Shown: positions 1-11,657 of the stretch, piece after piece
How positions within the stretch are numbered: the first letter of the stretch is position 1
Layout of the letters: each line of letters begins with the position of its first letter
From: Glaucostegus cemiculus
Taxonomy: Eukaryota
DNA: 64,000 nt
Reading direction: 5' to 3'
NCBI GenBank assembly: GCA_976551045.1
Contig: CDPCPM010000060.1
Location: 10,664,001-10,728,000 of the forward strand
Translations under genes and position numbers: made by a program
Notes under the pieces: generated by a model
Database searches by the model: none
Seen by the model: the letters and a program-made list of their open reading frames with translations, nothing else
What the model was told of the DNA's origin: nothing

Positions 1-30
1 CTGGGAAAGTAGAACATGCTTAGTTTTAAT
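1..30 (-). other. Minus-strand 3' splice acceptor ending at window base 1; possibly the acceptor of the RAG2 coding exon lying just outside the window
   Basis: Reverse complement reads ...AAACTAAGCATGTTCTACTTTCCCAG: branch-like CTAAG, pyrimidine tract and terminal AG. The RAG2 assignment is inferred only from the known NWC/RAG2 arrangement. Confidence 0.35.
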
Positions 31-993
31 TATCTTTAAGTTTCCTCCCTCACAGAACTTTTTGAATCATAGATGACTCTGTTCATGTTTTTTTTTTACT
101 AATATTGTCCTGAATTGGAAATTTTTTATCAACTTTGCTCAATTTGTGCCTTTTTGTCATGTTCACATGATTCAGTTCCATCTCGTTTCTTCCCTTCCTC
201 AAGTTCTCTATCTGAAGATAGTTGATTAGTATGTACACTTTCCTGTAGCTACAAGGGCGGTAGTTGCTCTTGATCTGCTACTTGAAAGCTCTCTATTTCA
301 TTTTTTTTAGGTTTTCCTTCTCTAATGCATGTATTCTGATGACATAATTTTCCATGCTCTCTATATGATTTCCTTATCCCTCAGCTGAGGATTCCATTCA
401 ACATGATGGGCAGGATCCCCACTTACGTCAATTATAATTTCCTATATTTCTGTTTTCACTGCTTCTTCTCCTACCTAGAGCCATTATATAGTTTCACATC
501 CTTTGCAGATGGCTTCACTTTCAACAGATTACTATTTAACAACACTGCCATCTCCAGCAAAACACTACCTTCTTCTTAGATTGTCCCTTAGGACTGAGGG
601 TGATTTATTTCCACTCCGAATTTATGGTTCTGAGGTGGTTAATGAGGCCAATTTTGGAACTGCAGACTCATTCACAGATGGGACAAGTGGCGGTTGATGG
701 TGTAGATAGGTGGCTATGCTCTGTAATCCTATTTAAACATTTCATCTCTCCTACCTTCCCCATCACGGGCCTTTCCTTTTGTTCCTTCCACCCTCCTCTT
801 CATTTTTCTCACCTTCATTAGTTGCTTAAAGCTGATGCCATTTATATCTTTTTTCTAGTTATTACAAATATCAATTTGAAATGTTAATTTTGTTTCTCCC
901 TTCATTCGTGGAAAATCATGACCTGGTGATCATTTCCAGTTTCTTCTATTCTTGTTTTTATTTTCAACTTCACTTTCCTGTTACTCCTTTTAC

Positions 994-1095
994 AGATACT
1001 GCAGGTACTGGAATTTGGAAATCTGAAAAGGTAGACAATACTGGAAATACTCGGTAAACCAGATGACATTTCTGGAAAGCGTTTTTGGTCGACTT
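994..1095 (+). repeat. Degenerate short Penelope-associated terminal repeat
   Basis: ACTGCAGGTACTGGAATTTGG...ATACTGGAAATACTC resembles the ACTGCAGATGCTGGAATCTGG repeat at 23788 and, inverted, at 27365. Confidence 0.45.
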
Positions 1096-1285
1096 CCAGG
1101 GCTTTCTGTTCTAATTTTTCATTTAGTCTCTATAGAGTATTTTAACAAATAGTTTTGGATACAAATAATGTCACATGGACTCAAACTGACACCTCAGGTT
1201 TCCTTCTCTTCCATACATTTGCTTCTGGAACTCAGCCTGACGGTGTATTTTTCTTGGCGGACCCATTTCCAACGAAAGGAAGGAC

Positions 1286-1311
1286 CACGATACCTGATGG
1301 GACTTGCAGTT
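1286..1311 (-). promoter_or_regulatory. ZNF143/Staf binding site (ACTACA-extended type), inverted copy
   Basis: Minus strand reads AACTGCAAGTCCCATCAGGTATCGTG versus consensus ACTACAnnTCCCAnnATGCnnnGCG. Confidence 0.6.
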
Positions 1312-1340
1312 TATTGCTGCGTTGCTTCAGTGGGGAGCAG

Positions 1341-1365
1341 ACTACATCTCCCAGCGGGCACTGCG
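1341..1365 (+). promoter_or_regulatory. ZNF143/Staf binding site (ACTACA-extended type)
   Basis: ACTACATCTCCCAGCGGGCACTGCG is a near-consensus ACTACAnnTCCCAnnnnGCnnnGCG. Confidence 0.8.
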
Positions 1366-1369
1366 CCAC

Positions 1370-1426
1370 GACTTGGCGTTGCCAGGGCCACAGGGGCAGG
1401 GAAGGGACGCCGTGATTGTCGGACGA
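1370..1426 (+). other. IFTAP: Putative non-coding first exon of IFTAP (5' end approximate)
   Basis: Donor CGA|GTGAGT at 1426/1427 just downstream of the promoter motifs; no ATG in the exon. Confidence 0.6.
1378..1391. promoter_or_regulatory. RFX X-box-like motif
   Basis: GTTGCCAGGGCCAC versus X-box GTTGCCATGGCAAC, near the presumed TSS of a ciliary (IFT-A associated) gene. Confidence 0.5.
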
Positions 1427-4400
1427 GTGAGTAAAACCTGGTTAAAGTGGCGGCTCTGAAATTGGTCAGCACTGTTTAAGCAGTTTTGAATGCTTAAAAT
1501 TGACCGTTTGATTCACTCGAGGAACGCAGTGTAGTTTGGTTGATTTTCTGACGAGGACCCGCTTCTCGCCAGGGTTGAGCGACCTGTGGCCTGTGATGCT
1601 GCCGACCTCGCGTCTCCTCGTCCACCCCAACCCATGCACACTGACCCACAGCGTGTATGGGTGGCACTCTGCTAGTTTAACCAGTGGCACTGTGCCCTGG
1701 AGAGGGGAGGGTGAAGTGTGATTACAACCAAACGCTCTACTGTTCATATATTTGCAAAAAAAACCCCGACGGATTCCTTAATATTTTGAAAGTGCTTATG
1801 GTAATGGAAAAATCAATGACAGAAGTACAATAAGAGGATTTTGACAGCTTTTTAAAGATGAATATTACCTAAAAACAATGCTTGTTTATTTACTTTTTTT
1901 TAAAGAAAAGGATTGTTAGAAAACCTGAAGTGCTAGAAGATTTTAGTTGAATAGATGTACTTGCATATTTGTATGTAGAAGTCAATTATGAGAAGTCTGC
2001 AGGAGTTTTAATGATATTGGCAATACGGCTTTTCTGTGTAATTCTTTTTATTAGGCCTCTGTCTTGGTTCAGCTGTGCATGCTCCTTTCTGAATCAGGGT
2101 TGTGAGTTCAAGTACCTCTCCTGACACTTGAGCATGTGGTCTGGGCTGGAACCTCAGTGTTGCTCTCAGTTTTAATATTTGAATTTGTAGGATCCAACTA
2201 GCTGAATCAGTTATATGTTCCACTTTCAGCTGTTACTGACCTCTGAGCAATGTTGTTTACTTACTGCTTATAAATCCTTCAGTAATTTGAAGTTGGGACA
2301 GAAAGTATTGGAAGTTAATGTTTTTCATTTAGTATTTACATTTATCCAATAGTTGTTTAGTGCATTAGAAGCAAAAGCATTCAATGTTGCCCTCTCAATA
2401 TTGGCACTTGATTTATGTGATATTAAAATAGTTGTAACCTTAAATCAAATGTGAATACTTAAGCAGAGTTATATCACAATGCACAAGCATATTGTTAATT
2501 TTAGTTTCACAGTTAACCTTATGCTGTTAAAGCAGAATTTACAAAGTTCTTTTTACATGATTCTTGTGTTCAATGAAGTTGATATGCAGTGCCTTTTAAA
2601 GTAATTCTATTCAGTGACACCTGATATCTTATTATGCCAAACTGATACTTGCTCTGGAGTCAACAATGAGAAATTACTGCAGCATAAAGATATTATTTTT
2701 ATTTTAAATTCAGTTGTTGGTATTTTGTCCTGTGGTTTTGGATGGGGCCTTTAGTCCTAATTGTATCTATTTGTTACTTTTTTAACATCTATACTTGAAC
2801 AAAGTAACACTATATTGATAATCAAAGAAATATTGAAATTGGTTTTGCCATTTTTATGGTTATTGATAAATGAGGCAAATTTAGTATCATTTTCACCCAG
2901 TTAAATTGTAATGCTTATTTTTGATGTGAAATAGAATTTGACACTAACATTTAATCTTAACATTATTTATGCTTAGAATAGTTTTTACTTAAATTTATAT
3001 CTAATTTGGTTTCTACTTACAGACAGTTAGGCTACTTTTTCTAAGAAATCTTTCAGGGTTTTTGTTTTTTCCTTACAGAAAATCAACTGCTAGTTAGTCA
3101 ACTGTGGTTGTGATATAAACCAATGTAAGTTTTAGGCACTACTTCTTTATTCTTGCTAGATGTCTTTGTTTTGCCTTGATTTAGATGCAGTTTGATGTTC
3201 AAGTTGCCCATTAGCCCTATGTATCCTGTTTGTTTGACCATTCTTTGTATAATTGATGTGTACAAAATTAAGAGAGGGTTTGGCAGGGTGAGGAGCAGGT
3301 CAATTTCTTTGCACAGGTGGGTTCAGCCAGGGAAAAGTAATTGGGCAAAGGATTAGAAATGAATTGAAGGAAGATTTTTCCATCAAAAGAATCATGATGA
3401 CAAAAACTTTAATTACATTAAAAAAATATACCTGGAAGAAGACCTCCAGGTACATTTAAAAATATATATACCTGCAGCCACAACAAGTAAGATTACAGAC
3501 TGAACTGGAAGCTGAGATTGAAGTAATTAACCTATTTTGGCTGGCCTGGACATATTGAGCCCATTTCTGATTTGTTAATTTCTATGTTTCAATGAACAAT
3601 GACTGCATTGCCCAAGTAATACTCCAGATGTAAATAACTTCTGGACTTCATAAAAGGAATGTGAAAAGCCCTGCCGAAATGCAATTAGTTATTTTCTTTA
3701 ACCTTTTGTCTGTTTCATCTTTACTTTTTTTCAAGTTTTACTTATTTCAAATTACCTTCTGCTTTCTATCAATAAGATGACAATTGGGAATTACAGACTT
3801 TCATTCTGCACTTTCTTACAATAAAGCTACCATTGGTCCATTTGCACTTTATTATTATAACCTATTATATTTTTAACATGTAGACCTTCATTGCCTTTAG
3901 ATGTAGATATACTGAATACTTACTGCTGCTATGATGCTCAGCTTTAATTACCTGCAAAATAAATTGCTTCTCCGCAACACATGATAATTATTTGAATTGT
4001 CTAATTTTCTTTTCAGTTTATAGCTTTGCAGACGTACAATATAATGTTGGCAATGTCATTTAACCTTAAAATTAACAGATATAATTAATTACTATTTTTC
4101 TATATTGTAGTCAGTTAACCTTAAAGAGACTGGCTGTTATTTAAATTACTTGGTGTCACTTAGCACCTTTTGTAAACCTCAAACGGTTGTAACAAATAAG
4201 TCAACAAGAATTAGGTTCCTTGAAAATATTTGGTCTGCATTAAGTACTGTAAGTCTATTTTACATACAAGACAGCTGTTACTTAGAACGATCACTGTGAC
4301 AATAGTGTATGCTTGCCTTTAATATGAGCATAATACTGAAATAATCTTACCTGTACAGTGCAAAGAGTTGAAGAGACTGGAATTGCTTGCAGAATTCAAA

Positions 4401-4715
4401 GTTGCAGAACTTGGTAAATATGTAGCATACAGTCAATGGAGGATGTATCTGAGAGCATTTACAGCTGGTGCAGATGATACTGAGCACTTCCTTGATGAGA
4501 GCAAATGGTGGTGCACAGCAGATGCTTCAATGACGTGGTGTGTTTCAGATATGCAAGATATTGAATATGTTTATGTATACATTACTGTATAACTAATATT
4601 TAATTTTGTTCATTATTAGCACTTGTTATCTCCTGTACAGTTATGAATTCCTCCAAAACAAATTCCCTTTGTGCAACTGTCTTGGTCTTTATCTTAATCT
4701 TAGTCTTAGTCTTAA

Positions 4716-4971
4716 GGGCAGCACAATAGCTTAGTGGTTAGCGAGACGCTGTTACAGCGCCAGCAATCAGGGTTTGATTCCCATTGCTGACTGTAAGGAG
4801 TTTGTACGTTCTCCCGTGTTTGTGTGGGTTTCCTCCGGGTGCTCCGGTTTCCTCCCACATTCTGAAAGACGTACGGGTAGGTTAATTTGGGGGTTTAAAA
4901 TGGGCAGCGTGGACTCGTTAGGCCGAAAGGGCCTGTTACCACACTGTAAATAAAATGTAATTTAATTTAAT
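4716..4971 (+). mobile_element. tRNA-derived SINE (V-SINE type)
   Basis: A-box TAGCTTAGTGG, B-box-like GGTTTGATTCC, core GGGTTTCCTCCGGGTGCTCCGGTTTCCTCCCACA, AT-rich tail. Confidence 0.9.
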
Positions 4972-4984
4972 TCAGAATGAGATT

Positions 4985-5024
4985 TAACATTGAGTCTTAA
5001 ACATTGAGTCTTAAACATTGAGTG
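4985..5024. repeat. 15-bp tandem repeat, about 3 copies
   Basis: AACATTGAGTCTTA-containing unit repeated. Confidence 0.85.
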
Positions 5025-6479
5025 TTGAAGTTCTGTGTGCTTATGCCTATAACACCTGTGCAAACGGTGAAGAATTAGTTAAATCAGCACAACACAACTG
5101 ATGACTTTTAAAACTGAATTATGGCCATGAACATTTACACTGGTTTAATACTCAATTTGCCCAGTTCAGGTGTCACCCACAACAGTGGTTCTGCTCCCTT
5201 CAATGCTGACTCTGGTTTAGCAGCCTCATCAAATAGAAGGCATATTTTAAAAGTTTTTCTTCAGTGATCTTAATTCTGCTTACTCAAAGATGGAGGACAG
5301 AAAAGCCTTATTAAATAATACTTATTTTTGGTAATAAAGCATATTTCAGCAATGTACTCTGCTCCAAGCTACCGCTGCTGAAAAGATCAAAAAGTACTTT
5401 TTATAGGAAAAAAGAATGCTGATTACTTGTGCTATGGTTTGTGATTATTGCAAAGTAATTAAGAATTACTTGAAATGAAAGGTTAGTTGCACAATATGGA
5501 ACAAATTGTGTGCCATTTTCTTGGTTATGACCAAAGCCGAATGTCTCTGGTAATTTAAAATGGTTTTTGCAAAATACTTCCCCCACCTCCTTCCAAAATG
5601 GTCTGCCGGTGTTGTATTTTACAACAACTACAGCTGGCTTGCTACTGATCTCAGTAGTATTGTAACAAACTTAACTTGGATGATCCTCCCAGCATTAGCT
5701 TGAGGAAACTGCTGGGAGGATTTACGACATTGAGGGCCTAAATGTTTAAGGGTCTTCTGTGTCGTCAGCATCATGTGGGGTTTAATATTTAAAGCAAACA
5801 GCTGGTATGTCACACCTCCAGACTTAGCCAGAACTTTCAAATTCAAATCTTTTAAAACATCCTGAGTGTCTTTAAGACATTTTTGCATGTTGAACTTCAA
5901 GAGGAATCCAGTATTGGAGCGCACTCAACTTCCCAGTAGTGAATTGTTGATGCTCCTTTGGGATTTCCACATTTGTACATGATTTTTGGCAATCCCAAAG
6001 TTCCTCTGTTATGTATGTAATGATGTCAGATGCTGACAGTTTTGCTGTTATAATCCTGAAAAATTGAGTCCATATTTTAACTGACAAAAATGTGGAGTAA
6101 TAATTTTTAATATGTTTAGCAAAAATCTTTTCCTCATGTATTACAGGTGCATCCAGTTTTAATATGTTCAGGTCCAATTTTAATATGTTTAGGTAGTAAC
6201 GGGTGAAACTCTGAAGAAGGAATGATGGGTGAGTGAAACACTTAGAATTAGACCTTGCTCTGTTTTTACTGTTGGAATCACCATTCTGTAACCACCATTG
6301 TTTCTGGCTTTTGTAGTACTGTGATAAGTCTATCAGTCCTTAGTTAACAGTTGCACTGTGGTTAATTATAATAGAAATAAAAATGTCCCTCTCCTGTACA
6401 GCAGTTCCAAAATTACCATTTGCATGAAATGAAGCATTGAGATGTAATATGGATTCTTCAAATTATGAAGCAATTGGAT

Positions 6480-6860
6480 ATAAAACAGGAGTGGGAGAAG
6501 GCTGTATGGGCCCTCATTCTTCCTCAGCCATTCCATAACATCATGGCTGATCTGCTTTTTGGCCTCAGCTCCGCCTTCCTGTCTGATATTTCCCCATTGC
6601 TGTTTTTTTATCCATGTGGCTAAATATGCATCTGTCACAAACTTTGAATGCATTTATTAACTCAGCATTTACAGCTCTTTGAAGAAGTGGAAAATTCCAA
6701 AGGTTTTCAACTATTCAGAAGAAATTCGGCTTCATTTCAAGGGCATTCATTACCCTGAGGCTGTGCTCCTTAATTCTAGATTCCCCTTGAAGGGAAACAA
6801 CTTAGCGGTAGTCACCTTGTAAACCGCTTCCCCCCCCCAACCCCCGAATCTTATATTTCC
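6480..6860 (-). mobile_element. Degenerate CR1 LINE 3' fragment
   Basis: Resembles the CR1 3' ends at 37910 and 56020 (CATGGCTGATC...GAATTCCA...CTGAGGCTGTGC). Confidence 0.6.
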
Positions 6861-8885
6861 TTTCTAAGGAAAAAATGATTCATTGGTGCTTGCAGTTTAA
6901 TGAAAGAAAATAGGGCAGAATATTTGTGGGATCTTCACCCTACATTGCAGCTTGTCATGCTTTTTTGAGAATCCTGTATATTAAAAAAAAGTAGACTAGC
7001 TGAATAGAGGAGGAGCATGTGAGTGAGGAGGGAGACAGAACTCCTGTCACAATTTCCTCTGACTACAATCATTGCCAGACCAATGGAGAGATGTTTGAAG
7101 AAGCATGACATAAGGACTTCTTTCAAAACTCCACTTCACTGAAGATTTTGAGATTCAAGGGATTATGTGGAATAGTCCAAAGGTGTTGCAGCAAGATAAT
7201 TCTTTTTTCGCGCTCTAACCAGCCTCTCAGTTCTGCAAATGTTTAATGCTTGATTTTCAGGAATAGAGTTCAGCCATAAGTTAGGCTTGTGCTGAGCATC
7301 CTGGGCTTGAGCCCATTGGCTTTTTGTGGAGGGAAGTTGGGCTGTACTTCCACAGGCTGCTACATTAGTAAGAGTGATCAATTTAAAACTGTTTGGAGAG
7401 TGAGGACAAAGGTTGGAAGAAATTGTTTCAGGAAAGGGTTGCTGAAATATGCAGTTTTTAAGCATGGGAAGTATCTGACACAGGATATTGTAAACTATCC
7501 AGAAAGCTTGATAAACATTTGAAGCAGGTGAAAATGTAGAACTATGGAAAGAGAGAAAGTAGGGAAGAGAACAGTTGTCCAAATATTTTCTGCCTTGGAT
7601 TCAAAGATTTTAAAAGAGACAAAAGCAAAGATAATTTAAATTGCTTACCTTTTTTCCTTACGATGTCTTACAATTATTCAAAATATGATTTTTTTTTAGT
7701 AGAATGTTGTTTCTCTGGTTCATTTAGAAATGAGCATGCCTTGTTTGATCTGGTGTCTGGCTTTACAAAAAGTATCAGAACTGTATACTGCTATAGTGAA
7801 GAATTTGACATTGCATCAGACTGAACTTGCTTCTGTGAATTACCTCAAATGTACCCACAAAAAATGAAGAAATACAATTTTTAAATGTCCTGGTTTGTAC
7901 TATATAATATTTGGTGAACTCATCACTAGGTTGAGGAATAGAAGATTTACTATTCTGTGATATTATGACTGGAAAGAACATGCACTGACTTTTTTCTAAT
8001 TACCCCACCTTCTGTGTATTGTACTTTGCCAAACATTTCATTTTATTGTGGTTGTCACTGTATAAAACTTTTTCCAAGAAAAGGAGTTGACATATGCCTA
8101 TGTTTCATCAGTTCAAACCACAGAATAAAGAGAAGCTCTATGCTCTCTTTAATTTATCATTTACTAAGCCCCTTTCCAGAGATTTTATTTAGTATGTTTG
8201 TCGCTTATAGTTGTTTTATTTGCTTTTAAATATTATTTCTATTACAAATTATTCCTTATATGGTAAAGGTAATATGACTGCTGTTCAAGTGTAAGTTACA
8301 ATGTGAGATAAATTCATTGTAAGAAATATTTTGTTCCCAAAATAATCCAAAGGATCACCATAGGCTAAGGGACAAAAAGGGCTAGAAATGTATCCCTGCT
8401 GGAAACCACATGCTAAAATGGTGATGTGCTGGTTTGACTTAATGCTGCTTTTACCTTCTGCAATCATGCAATTCTTTTAGCATTAGTTCATAATAGAGAG
8501 CAGTACAGTTTTTAAGAGAAAGGTGGTTAAGCAAGCAGAGGAAGGTATAATTTAATGAAAGGAGATTGGCCACTTAGCTCTGTATTCACTGTACCAGAAT
8601 TTGATGAAAAAGTAATGATGCACATGCTATTAATGAATTTGGTTGAACATGACCTGTATTTTTTAACAACATGCTCATGTTGCTTGCAATCCATTGGTAA
8701 GGAATTGATATGTAAGAGTGATCAAATAAAAAGGCAGAGTTTTGAGGTGTAAAACTTAGAGTGACATAGTAAGTGAAGATCCAAATCAAAATTACCTTGA
8801 TATCTATCGAGTTGACAAAGTGGTCATGCCATTTGTAAAATAGATATAGAATATTTGTAAAAAGAACATTGTCAGTGGTAGGGAA

Positions 8886-9184
8886 GATAGCATGGTAGCA
8901 TAGTGGTTAGCATAATGCTTTATAGCGTCAGTGACCCAGGTTCAAATCCAGCCACTGTCTGTAAGTTTGTACATTCTCCCCATGTCTGTATGGGTTTCCT
9001 CTGGGTGCTCCAGTTTTCTCCCACATTCCAAAGACGTACAGGTTAGGAAGTTAATGGGCATGCTATGTTGGCGCCAGAAGCGTGGCGACACTTGTGGGCT
9101 GCCCCCCAAAATCACAACACAAAAGATGTACTTCACTGTGTGTATCGATGTACATGTGACTAATAAAGATCTTATCTTATCTTA
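8886..9184 (+). mobile_element. tRNA-derived SINE (V-SINE type)
   Basis: A/B boxes, V-SINE core and (CTTAT)n tail; paralogous to 24327-24615 and 46492-46800. Confidence 0.9.
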
Positions 9185-9699
9185 CCGTGATTTCGCTGGT
9201 TTTTGTCAGCAGTTTCGACAATCTATAACAATCCTTGAATTTGCAAACTTGCTGGCCAGACTCTGAAGGCTATTTCCTGGCTGCACTCTGCTGTTAGACT
9301 GCCATGAAATCTACTGATGGGGAAATTTGCATTTGGATCATGCCCAGGCTAGATTGGGTACAGGATCTGTAAGTCTGTTCATTTGAAAGGGGATTTTAGG
9401 TCTGTAAGAAAGAAAGGAAGGAATAAAGTTTATTTGGAAATAAAGTTGAAATAATTTCTGAATTCCAGTGATATTTGAAGCCATTGAAAATCTTGGCATC
9501 CTTGACAGTTGACAGATCTGTGTGCAATGGTTCTGAAGGAGCTTTCTGACCAGGGTTGTTCTGGTACTCCAGTATCATCCCATTAGGTGATTTGAGGCCC
9601 GTCCATCACTGTGGGCTTCACTGCTCAGTCCAAGACCAGGGGATTTGGCTTTCTAGATCCAGTGAAGGTATGATTTGTGTAATGAAGAAAGCAGACAGT

Positions 9700-10380
9700 C
9701 AGTTCAGGCTGTAGACTCTATTCAAAGACCCAGATCATTGGTTGATACAGTAGCATAAAGTTGAATTATTATTATGGCATTATAGGGAAAAATTAGCTAT
9801 GTAGATACAGAACTTAGTGACAGGAAGCAAAGGTTGAAGGCAGATGGATGTTTTTCAGAAAGGGAGATATAATGTTCTTTAATGGTACATTTTGTATGTA
9901 TTGGATTATGCATTATGGTCTTAAATGACTTTGTGTTGACTATAGCAAAAGTTACAAAACTTGGCAACATAGATGTTCTTGAAGAAAGTGGAAACGTTAG
10001 GATGACATTGACAAAATAGTGAAATGGATAGAAATAAGGCAGAGCTCAGTGTAGAGAAATGGGAAGACGATATAAGAATGGTTCAATATTATTGAATGAT
10101 TTTAAAAACCATAAGAGTTAGAGACCTTTAAGATATATACACAGATTCTTAAAGGTGGCAGGATAAGATGATATGGGGCAAAAAAAGCATATGGGTTATT
10201 TAGATTTAAAAACATCAATCACTTACTTAGTTTCAGTTTATGGGTAGTTCTGGGCATCACCAAGAAACTTGGAAAAGCCCTTAAAAGCCTACAGAGGAGG
10301 CTTATCATTGTGTTTTGCAGTAAGGGACTTAACAAAGATGGAAATGTTGATTGGAATTTAGTGTATGCTACTTGGAAAAG
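9700..10380 (+). mobile_element. Old degenerate CR1-like LINE fragment
   Basis: Decayed similarity to the CR1 RT C-terminal region seen elsewhere in the window. Confidence 0.45.
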
Positions 10381-11034
10381 GTAACATTGATGACCATTAT
10401 CTGTTTCCAAAATTGTATTAAGAGTAACCAGCACAGACTTCAGAACAGAGAATCATGCTTGAATAATCTTGAAGAAGCAATAAAATAAGTGGACATGTTA
10501 TAATGTTATTGGGTCAGTTAGGTCCTGGCCTGTTGCATGCCGTGGTCTCAGTGTAATTCACTGATGTAATCTGCTATTGATCTAATTGCACTTTAGTGAG
10601 TGAAGTGCAATATGCAGCATTCTTGTGTGTAATCATACGAAACTGATGTTTGCCTTGGTTCACTAGTTGCCTTTGAGTTAGAAGATCAAAAGTTAAAGCA
10701 ACATTGCTGATATTACGTTGATAGTACCATGCAATTTTAAAGGAATGATACATATTTATACCCTCTCAGGTTGACACAAAAGATTCAATGCCACTATTTA
10801 ATGGGGAGAAAGTTGTGCTGATATCATCTCCAGTCTTTGTCACTTGTCCATTGTAATTAAAACTGTTTATCTGTTGCTATTCATGGCATCTGGCTGTATA
10901 TGAGATCCTCATCCTGTGTGTAGGAGTGGCGCAAACAGACAGGAAAATATTGTGGGGTGTAGAGATGACTGTGAGGACTTGATGAAGGGAAAAATGTATT
11001 AATATTTTCCAAATTATAATATATTCTTTTATAT

Positions 11035-11310
11035 TCAAGGGATATGGGCTTTGCAGGCTCGGCCAGAATTTAATTGCCCATCCTTAGTTGCTGTTGAAAA
11101 AGTGGTGGTGAGCTGCCTTTTGAACTGCTGCAGTCCTTGAGGTGTGGGTATATACACAAAGCTGTTAAGGAGAGAGTTCCAGGATTTTGACCCTGTGATA
11201 ATGAAGAAACAGCGATATAGTTCCAAATCAGAATGGTGTGTGGCTTGGAGGGCAGCTTCCAAGTTCCCATGCTTTTGCTTCCTTTGTCCTTCTAGCTGAT
11301 GTTGGGAATT
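11035..11310 (-). mobile_element. LINE 3' fragment (CR1/L2 group)
   Basis: HHSDLELYRCFFIITGSKSWNSL...PTPQGLQQFK is a typical LINE ORF2 C-terminus; related copies at about 32050-32230 and 36800. Confidence 0.7.
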
Positions 11311-11346
11311 AAGAGGAATTGTGGGTCAATAATATCCCACCTTTGT

Positions 11347-11657
11347 GGGTGGCACAGTGACACAGCTGGTAGAGCTGCTGCCTTGCAGTTTCAGCAACCC
11401 AGGTTCAATTCAGATTCCCAGTGCTGTCTGTATGGAGTTTACATGTTCTCCATGTGACTGTGTGGGTTTCCTCCAGGTGCTCCAGTTTCTTCCCACATCC
11501 CAAAGATGCTCATGCCGGTAGGTTAATTGGCCCAAGTTTATAGTGAGTGGTAGATTCTGGTGGGAGTTGATAGGGCGAGGAGGGCAAATAAAACCAAGAT
11601 TTGAGTAGGATTAGTGTCAACGGGTACTAGATGGTTGATGTGGACTCAGTGGGCCAC
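11347..11657 (+). mobile_element. tRNA-derived SINE (HE1/V-SINE-like)
   Basis: tRNA-like head CAGCTGGTAGAGC...AGGTTCAATTC, core GGGTTTCCTCCAGGTGCTCCAGTTTC, CR1-like tail. Confidence 0.85.

Larger units (their letters stand above)
1230..1790. promoter_or_regulatory. IFTAP: CpG-rich promoter region of IFTAP/NWC
   Basis: The only non-repeat CpG/GC-enriched stretch in a CpG-depleted window. It contains ZNF143-type motifs, an X-box-like motif and a + strand splice donor, upstream of the IFTAP coding exons. Confidence 0.8.
4050..6180 (-). pseudogene. Highly decayed EnSpm/CACTA(CMC)-like DNA transposase relic, interrupted by a SINE
   Basis: Collinear minus-strand fragments FFRIITAKLSASDIITYITEEL, FCKNHFKLPETFGFGHNQENGTQFVPY, GIHNCTGDNK, NSSLFNSL and DLQYLMQTKYF resemble, in order, motifs of animal EnSpm-like transposases (F.LKL.AK..LPASTI..I.EE, FFK..F.Y.EP....LG.....F.QYVP, GDNLG, S.FN.L). 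Many stops and frameshifts; recognised by eye. Confidence 0.45.

Noticed and set aside
4368-4592. 74-aa + strand ORF as an IFTAP exon or small gene
   Set aside because: TTG start and no similarity to IFTAP; better explained as the antisense of the decayed transposase-like region.
4050-6180. Relic as a RAG1/RAG2 pseudogene
   Set aside because: No recognisable RAG1 core, RING or nonamer-binding motifs and no RAG2 kelch/PHD motifs.
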